Shown one piece after another: positions 12,000 through 23,640 of a stretch of DNA of 64,000 bases. Below the pieces are notes generated by a model. It searched no databases. It was not told the origin of the DNA and saw only the letters and a list, made by a program, of their open reading frames with translations. Where the stretch lies: NCBI RefSeq assembly GCF_006345805.1, contig NC_042999.1:84692001-84756000 (forward strand), written 5' to 3'. Numbering within the stretch: the first letter of the stretch is position 1; every line of letters begins with the position of its first letter. Both the position numbers and the translations under genes were made by a program. Source of the DNA: Octopus sinensis (taxonomy: Eukaryota).

Positions 12000-13425
12000 G
12001 TCATGACAGAAATAAATAGACCTCCATTAAAACATCATTTTATGTTTATTTTAACTTGAAAAGTTTTATATTTTTATTAATTGACATCTTTTACGTTTCA
12101 GGTTCTATATGTAAGTGTTTCATCATGCCACATAGAAACGAAGCCTTGGAACTGTCCGAATTTCAGAGAGGCCATATTGTGGGTCAAACTGAAGGTGAAC
12201 TTTGGGATTCCGCTTTCTACAGTTTACCTGAAAGGGGAAGGAGTCCACATCACATCACCAAGGTCAACCCGAACCCTCTGACAAGGCTCTTCACTTCGTT
12301 AAGAGTATAATTCCCATTGCAAGGCCTCGGACATAGAAGAAAAGTTAATGTCAGTCCCAGATCAAGTGTCAGTTATCTCCACAAGCTTGATTACTATGGC
12401 AGAGCAGCAAACGGAAACCCCTTTTTCGACCAGCCACTATCAAGCGGAAAAAGATTGTGTCAATAAGATGTTGGAGAGGCCACTAGCATTTTGGGACACT
12501 GTCATATTCTCTGATGACTCCAGATTTGCTTTATTATTTGACGGTGTTCGAGTGCAAGGCCTCGGACATAGAAGAACAAGTTGATGTCAGTCCCAGAGCA
12601 GGTGTCAGGTATCTCCACAAGTTCGACTACTATGGAAGAGCAGCAAGAAGGAAACCACTTCTTCGACCAGCGAATACCAGCGGAAAAAAGATTGAGTCGA
12701 TAAGGTGGTGGAGAAGCCACTAGCATTTTGGGACACTATCATAATCACTGATGACACCAGATTTGCTTTCTTTTCTGACGGTGATCGAGTGTGGGTCTGG
12801 AAACTCTGATCAAGAATTTGACATGAAAAGATTGCAGCCAACAATAAAATACGGCAGCTATTCTGTGATATCTGGGGAGCAATTTGGAGCAATAGTCAAT
12901 CAGAGATGCTGGAGTATGAAGAAAACATAAACTCAGATAAATATGCGTCCATATTGCAGATAGGACTCCTTCCTTTCTTCTCCACTGATAAAATGATTAA
13001 AGAAGACTAATTTTGGAAGATGTGGCTCCTTGTCACATGGCTAAAAAGACCCAAGATCGGTTGGAAGAGAACGGCATTAAAAAGCTTCCATGGCCAAACC
13101 AGTCACCATAAATGAACTCTATTGGGCACCTCTGGGACATAATGGTGAGAACATTTCATAAAAAGAAAAACAAAGCATCCTCAAAGGCAGATCTTTTGGG
13201 ATTACTCCATGAAATTTTGGCAAGGCATTACTCAAGAGAATATTCGTCATCTGATCAGTAGCATGCCAAAGAGTGTCCTTGTATTGGAAAATGCAATAGG
13301 CATGTCTAATAAATATTAGATATTCACATTATGGTAATTAATAAATATTTTGAGTGTATTATTTCAGATTTAAATAAATTTTAACGATTACAAGGGTATT
13401 TATTTACTTCTGTCATGACTCCGCG
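12000..13425 (+). mobile_element. Tc1-family (DD34E) DNA transposon, decayed, with internal tandem duplication
   Basis: TIR gtcatgacagaaataaata (12000-12018) vs tatttacttctgtcatgac (13400-13418), one mismatch. Relic transposase 12125-13319: ELSEFQRGHIVG, YYGRAARRKPLL, WDTVIFSDDSRF, IWGAIW, DVAPCH, WPNQSP*MNSIGHLW, GMSNKY*. Confidence 0.9.
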
Positions 13426-13524
13426 TTATATATATGAGAGTTAGCGGTGGGGAAACCAACCAAGGGATAGTGTTTATCCAATTTACTGCAGGTAATGTAC
13501 CCAATTATTCATACCCAAATTGAG

Positions 13525-14700
13525 TGTCATATATAGGAAATGGACAAACTAGAAAAGTTATGACAATAGGAAGGAACCGCACCCCAAAACGATACTGACA
13601 GACTGTATATGCCTAGAGACAGGGGTGGAAGATATCTCATAGGATGCAAGATCTGTGTGGCCAACGAAAAGACCAGTCTGGGATGATACATCAGACAGTA
13701 AAGTGTATCCTTGCTTGCCGCTGTTAGAATGAACAATGTAGTACCTACCGAAAATGCGATACACCTATAAATATTTAAGAAATGAAGCAGAAAGAGTAAA
13801 AAACTGGAAAATTAAACGGTGGCATGAGGAATATCTCAAAGAAATCGAAGGAAAAGATAAGATCAACACTTGGAGATAGATAAGAAAAAGTGATCTGAAA
13901 GGATGCCCTGATATACAGCGCCCATGAACAAGCTCTGAGAACTAATTGCACCAAGTTCCAAATAGATAAGAGTAGTAAATCGCCTCTTTGTAGGTTGTGT
14001 GGCAGCAGAAACGAAACAACGTCACATATTGTGAACGAGTGTAGCAAGCTGGCCCAAAAGCACTACAAACGAAGCACGATAACGTGACTAAATTCGTCCA
14101 CTGGAGACTATATGAAAAGTACGGCCTGAATAGAGCACGAAAATTGTACGAACATGAACCAGAAGTAGTACCGAGAACAAGGAACATAATATATTGTAGG
14201 ATTTTACAATCCAGTGTGACTCCCTAATGGAGGCTCAGATACCAGATATTGTCGTAGATAAAGGAAAAAAGGAAATCAAGATCATATATATCGCAATATA
14301 TGGAGATGTGTGCATAAGTAACAAAGAACTAGAATACACTGAAAATTACAGACTACTAAAAGACGAAATTGCAAGAATGTGGACTATGAGGAGTGTTTTT
14401 GTCATTCCAGTAGTTGTATGGGCACTCGGAGCACTAACAACCAAGTTCCGGAAATATAACAAAGAAATCGGAATTGACATGAGAGCAGAGCAAGCTCAAA
14501 AACAGGTCTGCTGGAGACAGCTAGGATTTTGAGATTGGTACTTGGATGTTGAGTGTCTCCCATGATAATTAACAACCAAATATCAAATATGCGGAAAGAG
14601 ACCCTATGAGACCTCGGACACCAGGCTATTGTCCTCTCTCACAGAATCTGCCAGAACAAAGAAGACCGAACGACCTGAGTATGACTCAAAAGCTCTAGAC
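13525..14700 (+). mobile_element. R4/Dong-clade (restriction-like endonuclease) LINE, 3' fragment
   Basis: DTDRLYMPRDRGGR, HEQALRTN, CRLCGSRNETTSHIVNECSKLAQKHYKR.HDNV, QIPDIVVDKGKKEIKII, IPVVVWALG, RILRLVLGC*. Confidence 0.88.
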
Positions 14701-14719
14701 GAAAAGCTGAAGCGGAAGG

Positions 14720-15631
14720 ACTGATTCTCGGTGCACACAAACAATACCTGTCTACAAGGAACTATAAATGCAAAATAATGAAAACAGGCCCTAACATCAA
14801 ATGCAAAATGTGCAGCCAGTCCAATGAGACAATTGATCACATCATCTCTGGCTGTCCAATCTTAGCTAAGTCTGAATATATATACAGTCATAACCGATTT
14901 AGTAAGTTATATCTACTGGACAATATGCCAACAATACAAAAAGAAACTGACAATAAATGGTATAACACATTCCAAACAAGGTACATGACAACGCCCAGGC
15001 CATAATCATTTGGGATATACCTGTTCAAACTGAAAAGAAATAAAAGTTAATCTCCCAGACATAATAATCAAGGATTAGAAAAAGACACCTGCTTACTGAT
15101 AGACATTGCAGTCCGTTCTGACGAAAATATTTCTCAAAGAGAAATGGTAAATTGTTAAAGTACAAAGACCTCGAAATTAAAGTATTCAAGATATGGGGTA
15201 GGAAGGTGGAAACAATAACAGTAATAACTGGAACACTGGGAATGATAAAAAAACATATGAACACTCAACACTACACGTTACCCCCAAAATAGCGCTGCTT
15301 GGAACAGCCTACATCCTGCGCAAGACACTGTCAATTCAATAATAGAAGCCAAGCAAAACAATCGAAAGACACAAGATACAATCATTATAGCAAATATCCA
15401 ATAAAATAAACAACCACCAGCACGGTGATACCCAACGCATTACGCATGTAACAGACAATACAAACACTAATACAACAAAAGACATTAACGCATAACAAAA
15501 TAAATTAATGCAATGCAATACCCAGTAGAGTTTGTACGTCCTCAACAATAAGAAAAAAACACAATACTGAACAGGCTCTGGCAACACGGAGGTGTAGCAA
15601 GTTATGCAGTAGAAGTTTGCCTGAAACTACC
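14720..15631 (+). mobile_element. R4/Dong-clade LINE, second 3' fragment ending in an (AAT)n array
   Basis: CKMCSQSNETIDHIISGCPILAKSEY, PDII, KYKDLEI, ALLGTAYILRKTLSIQ* (stop 15340-15342); 3' UTR then (AAT)n from ~15632. Confidence 0.88.
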
Positions 15632-15778
15632 AAATAATAATAATAATAATAGTAATAATAATAATAATAATAACAAGAAGAAGAAGAAGAAGAAGAAGAA
15701 CAACAACAACAACAACAACAACAATAATAATAATAATAATAATCATAATAATAATAATCATAATAATAATAATAATAA

Positions 15779-15816
<38 letters not shown>

Positions 15817-15826
15817 TAGTAATAAT
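15632..15826. repeat. Compound (AAT)n/(GAA)n/(CAA)n microsatellite
   Basis: Direct reading. Confidence 0.95.
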
Positions 15827-17295
15827 GAAGTACCAGGCAGTGGTCCTCATTGCTTCTGATTTTAACTGATGGGAAGTGTTATCATGTACATGTTTTGTTT
15901 TGCTATAAAAACACGGGCTACAGCAAATTTAAGTATGTCGGTAGCTGACAATATGTGCATTTCTAAGTTAAGTTAATTTTTTGGCTCAAAAAGCAAAAAG
16001 CAAGGCCATGTAGGGGGACATGGAGTTATGTACAGGGTGGTGTTCATGCAAATAGTTCAGGCCATTTCTGGTCAAGAGAGACTTTGAACTGAGCGGTCGT
16101 CGGCATCTTCACTATCTTGTCCGGCAGCTTATTCCACGGATCCGCAACCCGGACGGAGAAAGCCCCTCTCCTTCGATTGAGATGAAATCGTCGCAGATAG
16201 AGCTTTTCGATGTGACTACGCAGCCGACACTCTGGAGCAGGAGTGAAGAACAGCTCTTTCGAGAGGTTTCACTTTCCGTTTATGATGTTGTGAGCAAGAA
16301 TGAGATCACCACGGCGTCGTCGTTTTTCTAGAGAATAAAGGTCGAGCGTCTTCAGCCTTTCTTCATAATACAAATGCTTGAGACCAAGAACTATGCGGGT
16401 AGCCAGCTTCTGGACTTTTTCGAGATGATGTATGTCTTTGAGGAGATAAGGAGAAGCGGCTTGACTCCCGTACTCCAATATGGGTCTCACCAGCGTGACA
16501 TAGAGCGTTAGGAATACGGCTGCTGTGAGCATTCCGAATGACCGTCGAATCAAAAACAGAACTCCGCGTGCTTTGTTGGCAGCATGGACGCACTGGGCCG
16601 AAGGCGAAAAGGAAGAATCCACCGAGATACCCAGGTCCTTTACCTGGTCGGTCCTCTCCAGCAGCAGATGACCCAGCTCGAAATCAAGTTGAGTTGCAGG
16701 AGAAGAGCCAACAGGCAGATGACAGCACTTTGACACGTTCAGACACAGGTCCCATTCGTTAGACCATCTCCAAACTTGGTGGAGGCATCGACGAAGATCA
16801 TCTAAATCACCGCGAGGAGCGACCAGTTTGGCATCATCGGCAAATAGAAGGGTGTGTTGCGTGAGGTCGTCGGGCAAGTCATTTACGAAGACTAAGAACA
16901 ATAAGGGCCAAAGCACTGAACCTTGAGGCACGCCACCGCTCGCACTGGAGACGTCGGACAGTGAACCATTAATTTGGACTTGGAGGGAGCGATCTGTGAG
17001 GAAGGCACCAATCCATCGTACAATATCTGGATGGAAACTATATGCTTGAAGCTTGACAAGTAATAGGCGGTGGTTTACCGAGTCAAAAGCTTTGGCAAAG
17101 TCCGATAAAACGATGTCAACAGCATTTCTGATCAAGAGCAGGAGTAGTAGCGGAGCATTATAGCCATTTGTTAAAGGAATTTATTGGATGTTGAATAATT
17201 CACCTCTGGAACATAGCTGTTTTGTTTATCATCTCTAAATACCCATTTTTCGAGGACCTTTTGAGCCAGATTGGTTACTCGACTCGAGAAATTAT
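15827..17295 (+). repeat. Interrupted copy of the unclassified AAT-associated interspersed repeat (15827-15964 and 17122-17295), split by CR1 copy 2
   Basis: gggctacagcaaat...gctgacaatatgtgcatttct | gcatttctgatcaagagcagg...gaataattcacctctggaa...ggaccttttgagc aligns with 21152-21420. Confidence 0.8.
15965..17125 (-). mobile_element. CR1/jockey-type LINE, 5'-truncated, copy 2, with 8-bp TSD
   Basis: RT ORF 16269-17135 is collinear with copy 1 (DFAKAFDSVNH, GVPQGSVL, LFADD) and has a premature stop at 16269. Tail aagttaagttaa; GCATTTCT at 15957-15964 and 17122-17129. Confidence 0.93.
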
Positions 17296-17476
17296 TTCCA
17301 TGTCAAAATACAGTGAATGGCTTTATAACAGGTTCTAGTATGCCTTAAGTATGTTTGAAATGGTAGCAAGTGCGTGTGTAGTGCATATATATGTGTACAC
17401 ACACACACCACACACACACACATATATATATATACATATATATATATATTATATATATATATATATATTATATATA

Positions 17477-17541
<65 letters not shown>

Positions 17542-17552
17542 TGTAGATATAT

Positions 17553-17596
<44 letters not shown>

Positions 17597-18967
17597 AACA
17601 CACATTCATAACCTACTGTATCTTCTGTATCTTCTTATCTTTTATTTGTTTCAGTCATTAGGCTGCGACCATGCTGCGGCACCACATACAGTTCTACTTA
17701 GAAAATCATTATATATATTTAAAAAAAAACATTGAAACTAGCATATAAAGAAAATAAACAGTGGTGATAAAGTTTTTCTGCAATTTTTAAGTATTTTATT
17801 TACAAATATGGCAAATAGTTTTAAGTAATTTTTTCTCATGTGACGTGTCCCTATGAGGAAACATTTTTCAAAACTTTATACGTGAGTGTATATATATACA
17901 TATTTGTGTGTGTGTGTGTATACACACCCACAAACATACGGATATAAATTTCCAGGTACATATATGTGTGTGTCTGTATGCACATGATTAGGTGTGTCAA
18001 TATAGAATATATGTGCATCCTTGTATATGATAACTATTGATATTTACTTACATATCCCACCTTGAATATCATAAACAGCGTAATCGGTTCAACACAGTCA
18101 CCCAACTAATATACAATCTCATTAGTAATCTCCCCAGATCTATAAACAAACATATTAAATAGAAATTTAGAGTATTTAGTAAGTTCTTCTTTGTAAACCT
18201 TTACTGTCGTTGAACAATTGGCGTAGTCCCAATTGTTTTAACTACCGATAATACATATGTAATTATGTGTATATATATATATGTGTGTGTGTGTATGCGT
18301 GTGTTTATATATATATTTGCATTCATGTGTGTATACTTCTAGGTATGTGTGTGTTACTGTGTATATGTAAATATGTATATATATATACATATATGTAAAC
18401 ACTTACACACACATAAATGACATATATATTTACTTATATATACATACATACATACATACATACATACATACATACATACATACATACATACATACATACA
18501 TACATACACATGCATGTGTGTCTACGTGCGTTTCTTTTTAATGTCTTATATATAGCAGAACGTGAGTCGCCAAGTATTGATTTTCCATTATTGAAACTAA
18601 ATTAGAATTCTCTATTTCCATATTCCCAAAGATGCCACATAGCTTCTCTGTGAATATTGGTAATTGTATTTTGGATCTTCTCTTCCTGTTAGTTATTCAT
18701 GTACCCGATTGACTAGGACACTTCACGTTTCCATTCCGTGTTCTGTGTTTCAGCACTTTTTTTTCTTTTATCGCTGGTAACTTGCCAAATCTGAAAATAT
18801 TAGTTTGACATTCATGCTACTTTGGAAGCTTATTTGTTGAAGATATGTCATATGATATATGTTGCAGGTATAGAGACAACAGTTGGCGCTTTCTTTAAGT
18901 ACGGAGATTACTCTAATCACACACGTTGCTTATATGTGTGAAAGATTTAGCAAAATACTTAGAGAGA

Positions 18968-19039
<72 letters not shown>

Positions 19040-19446
19040 ACATCCTGAGTGCACGTGTGAAAATGAGCGTTCTATCTGTGTAAAACGAGAGTATGAACCA
19101 AATATGTATGGATAAAATTCCTTAAATAAATTATATTAAACTGCATACATGTTTATATAAAATAAGACAAATACACTGCATCTTCGTTTGCTGTGTTGTT
19201 TGTGTACCCGTCAAATATTCCTTAGAAAATAATTGGTGAACATGTGTTGCAGAGGTCCGATCTGGTTACTAAATAAAATACATGATTCCATTTCTTTTAA
19301 ATTTCAGTTTGTGATCTATCGCTTTTTCTGTGCTGGTCTAGCAGTTTCCGAATGTATATTACATACACAGATACATACAGATATTCAAATAAACATATAT
19401 CTATGAATATATGTATATAGGTACGTTTGTGAATGTATCTGTGTGC

Positions 19447-19504
<58 letters not shown>

Positions 19505-19508
19505 GTAT

Positions 19509-19539
<31 letters not shown>

Positions 19540-19784
19540 CCATATTTTTATTATTATTACCAGTGACGGTTTCTTTCAAAGTTATCCTCATATTGGCTAC
19601 TCACTTAAGTAGCCTGTACTGGCGAATCTTCAAAGTAAGAGTCACTATTAATTATATATATTATGGTGACACCACAATAAGTATTGAGGCATTCCTTTAG
19701 TGAAGGTTTTGCGCACTTAAGTAGACAGTGCTAAGTATGTAGATATGTGTATATGCCAATCCGCTTATACGTGTATATATATAA

Positions 19785-19841
<57 letters not shown>

Positions 19842-19842
19842 G

Positions 19843-19927
<85 letters not shown>

Positions 19928-20392
19928 ATATATGTATATATACACATACATATATACATACATACTTACATATGTCTGTATACTAATATCGTTTTAAAAT
20001 ATATACCTATATTTACACATATATTTATATCATATCTATATATACATAGAGAGAGAAAGAGGGGGAGAAAAGGAAAGAGAGAGAAAGAGATATACAATAA
20101 GACATATAGATAGAAAAAAACAGTCCTGTATATATACATACACATATACTAAGGTAAATTAGAAAGTATCGCAACTTTTATTTGCGTTAAGTTTTACTCA
20201 CCCTCAATCATGCATACGTACATACAAGCACACATACATACTTCATTTCCTTTTGAAAGTAAAATATATTTGATAATCTACTCTAATATATCGAGTGTCC
20301 TTCAATTAATATTTGACTATCACTGTATATACCTATGCTCAAGCTTATGTATATGTATGTGTGCGTGTGTGAGATGCATATGTGCGTCTGTG

Positions 20393-20439
<47 letters not shown>

Positions 20440-20630
20440 GAATGCGTGTATAGCGAGGGACAGGCAAGCAGACCGACAGGAGGAGACATACATAAATACA
20501 TGCAGACACACACATACACCACACACCAGACGCAAAAAATAGATACAAAGATATTTGTAGATGTGTGTGTGTGTGTGAGTGTCCGCGTGTATGTGTATCT
20601 GTGTGAGTGTGTGTGTTTGTGTGGAGTGTG

Positions 20631-20673
<43 letters not shown>

Positions 20674-20867
20674 TGTACGTGTGCATACATATGTAGGTAT
20701 GTACCCCAGGATGGATTGTGAAAATTACCAGTATGGCGCTGGTGTCTCTTTTCCATAGCATCAAATATATCTGAATATCTACTTCATATTTCTCTTCATA
20801 TTTCTTTCACTACTCCTTCTGCATGCTAAAGAATATAGTTTTTTACTATTATTGCCACTACTACCAG

Positions 20868-20869
<2 letters not shown>

Positions 20870-20954
<85 letters not shown>

Positions 20955-21008
20955 TAATAATAATAATAATATAATAATAATAATAATAATATAATAATAA
21001 TAATAATA

Positions 21009-21098
<90 letters not shown>

Positions 21099-21150
21099 TA
21101 TTATTATTATTATATTATTATTATTATTATTATTATATTATTATTATAAT
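20870..21150. repeat. (CTA)n-(AAT)n-(TTA)n compound microsatellite forming an inverted array
   Basis: AAT run (~20899-21010) is followed directly by its complement TTA run (~21011-21145). Confidence 0.93.
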
Positions 21151-21151
21151 A

Positions 21152-21611
21152 TAAAAGATGGGCTACAGCAAATATTCTGCTCAATACCACAGATTTGCTT
21201 GTCAGTTGTTTGACTTTAACCTGTTGAGCATGTCCCTTAGTGGCTGACGATATGTGTATCTCTGATCACGAGCAGAAGTAGTGGGGGAGCATCATAGCCA
21301 TGTGTTGAGAGGGATTCTTTGGGGTCTGAATAATTCACCTCTGGAAACATGGGTGGTTCTTTTAAAATCCTTAAACAACCCTTATTCAGGGACCTTTTGA
21401 GCGGGATGGGCTACTCAACCTGAAGAAAATTCTAACTGGGCCCCACCTGCAAGGTCATGTGCTGTTTATCTTTTTATGAGATCACCATGTCGCGCACATA
21501 TGGTTGTGATGCCTGGTGTACCCTTATCAGACGAGTAGTCATGATGGGTATATTGGGCTTCGTATATTTTACCCCAGTGTCACTTTGATAGCATGAACTG
21601 CTCTCTCATTC
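21152..21611 (+). repeat. Unclassified ~460-bp interspersed repeat flanked by AAT/TTA arrays
   Basis: Second (interrupted) copy at 15827-17295; no ORF; ends in ctctctcattc then (AAT)n. Confidence 0.75.
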
Positions 21612-21663
<52 letters not shown>

Positions 21664-21665
<2 letters not shown>

Positions 21666-22540
21666 GAAAGAAAAATTTAAACAAGAAATTCACAAAAAAA
21701 GACAAAGCATGAAAGGAATAAATGTACGATCAGTTTACAAGAAACATGAACGCCAAGACAGATACAGAAGACCGGTGGCTATGGATGAGGTGAAGTAACA
21801 TGAAAAACTCATATGCGCAGCTCAAGAACAAGCGTTAAGGACCAATTATATGAAGTGCAGATTTGACAACGCTACCGATAGCGACAAATTTAGAGGGGTG
21901 AAATGATATGGCACATCGTTAGCGAATGTGGCACATCGTTAGCGAATGTGGCACAACGCGAATACAAAAGACGACATGATAATGGGGCAAGAATGATATA
22001 TTGGAAGCTCTATGGAAATCACGGCTTACAAAGAGCAAAGATGTGGTAAGCACAAACCCCAGAAAGAGTCATCGAAAATGAGAACTGCAAAATCCTATGG
22101 GATGTGATGATCCAGTGCGATCACCTAACCAGACATAGAAAACCGGACATTGTTGTGGTGAATAAAAAGAAAAGAACATGCATGATAATTGACATAGCAT
22201 GCCTCAGTGGCAACAGGCCCGATGTAAACGAAGAAAAATATAAACAACTATGACGATTTAAAGTGGGAAATACGAAGATTGTAGACAGTGACGAGAGTAG
22301 ACATGATACCAATAGTAATTGGTGCACTTGAAATTATCAGCATTCGACTACGAACACGGCTGAAAAAGATCGTTGAAAATGTGAAGGTGGAACATTTACA
22401 AAAATCAGCATTGCTTGGAACTGTAAGAATTTTTCACAGGGTCCTTGAAGCATAACCAGTAACCAAGTGTCACAGTCTGCTGGCTGTGGACAGCTGACAC
22501 TTTCCATCATACTCAGCAAAATAAGCTTGGTGTTCAGAAC
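21664..22540 (+). mobile_element. R4/Dong-clade LINE 3' fragment
   Basis: ICAAQEQALRTNY, HIVSEC (20-nt tandem duplication tggcacatcgttagcgaatg), EYKRRHDN, KILWD, RKPDIVVVNKKERTCMIIDIACL, IPIVIGAL, QKSALLGT; starts immediately after (AAT)n. Confidence 0.88.
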
Positions 22541-22544
22541 TAAT

Positions 22545-23640
22545 TTCGCTGCCAGCAGGTCGGTCGCTATGCCCGTATTGAGTGCCTCTTCTAATTTCTT
22601 AACTACTCTAGTCTTCTTTCTACTCTAGTCTTCTCTATCGCTTGTTCTCTGCTTAATTCTACAGCTTCTACTCTAATAGCCAGTTTTAGAAATCCCCACA
22701 ATCGGTTGTTCACGACTGCACCCGTCAACTTTCGATGGACTAATTTGCTAAGCCCGTCTCTGAAAGCTTGACGCATCGGGACGCATTCAGCTTCCAGTAT
22801 CCGGGTCCCTGCCTATGGAGCCTATCTAGTTGCACCATATAGATCAACAATTTGTGGTCTGTGGTCTGTGTAGTGGACGAATTCAAATTGTGGACAACCT
22901 ATGCTATTCCTATCTGCTGGCCTACAAAACCCTGTATAGAAAAGATCTGGATGTCCCGACAAATTTGCCCATGTCCACACTGTAGTGTTCGGGAAATCCT
23001 GTCTGAACTTGTTCCCAGTTGGAAACGATGGAGGCAGGTTTGCGAAGCTTGCACACCCACTTTCCTATCCGCTAGCCCCATCCAATCCACACGTGCATCC
23101 AAAATGGTTTTGCAATCGCCCACTATCACTAAAGAGTGAGACGTCCCTAAAAAAAGCCTCCCGGTGTCTGAAGAACTCCAGTTGGTGCGTACACCGCGAC
23201 CAGTCTAAAAGAACTGACTTCGTTATCGTTCACGTCCAGGACCACCGACTTACCTTCCGGATCCAGGAAAAGCGACTGTATCTCGAGATCCAGACCTTTT
23301 CTGAACACTGCCACTCCATTATTTCTGGTCGACTAAGAAATGCGAAAATTTCAGTCATCGGAAATGGGAACTAAGGCCTCTGTATCCTTGATCCTGGTCT
23401 CACTGACGTCTATTAGATCCAGACTTAGCTGTCTGAGGTCGTTGCGCAAGCGTCCTTGGTTCCACGACGACGCCAGGACACGCACATTTATACAACCTAC
23501 TTTTAGAATCGCCATGATGGCCAGAAAGTAAAGAAACGAAAAAGAGAGTGTTACTTACCCTCCTGGTGTTGTTTGTGGTCGAGTGGTTCTTCCACCCTGT
23601 CTTTTGTTGGGTTCCTCTGGAAACCCCCTTAAAAGCCATC
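22545..23640 (-). mobile_element. L1/Tx1-type LINE fragment: end of ORF1 and AP-endonuclease part of ORF2
   Basis: From ATG at 23515 on minus: MAILKVGCINVRVL...DVSETR, GVAVFRKG, DPEGKSVVLDV, RLVAVYAP, VIVGD, VWTW, SRSFLYRV, TDH, GPGYWKLNAS; frameshifted. Confidence 0.85.

Noticed and set aside
18868-18898. Exon-like segment GIETTVGAFFK after tgttgcAG
   Set aside because: Weak donor, 31 nt, no compatible neighbour; resemblance to Rab or MFS motifs is too short to mean anything.
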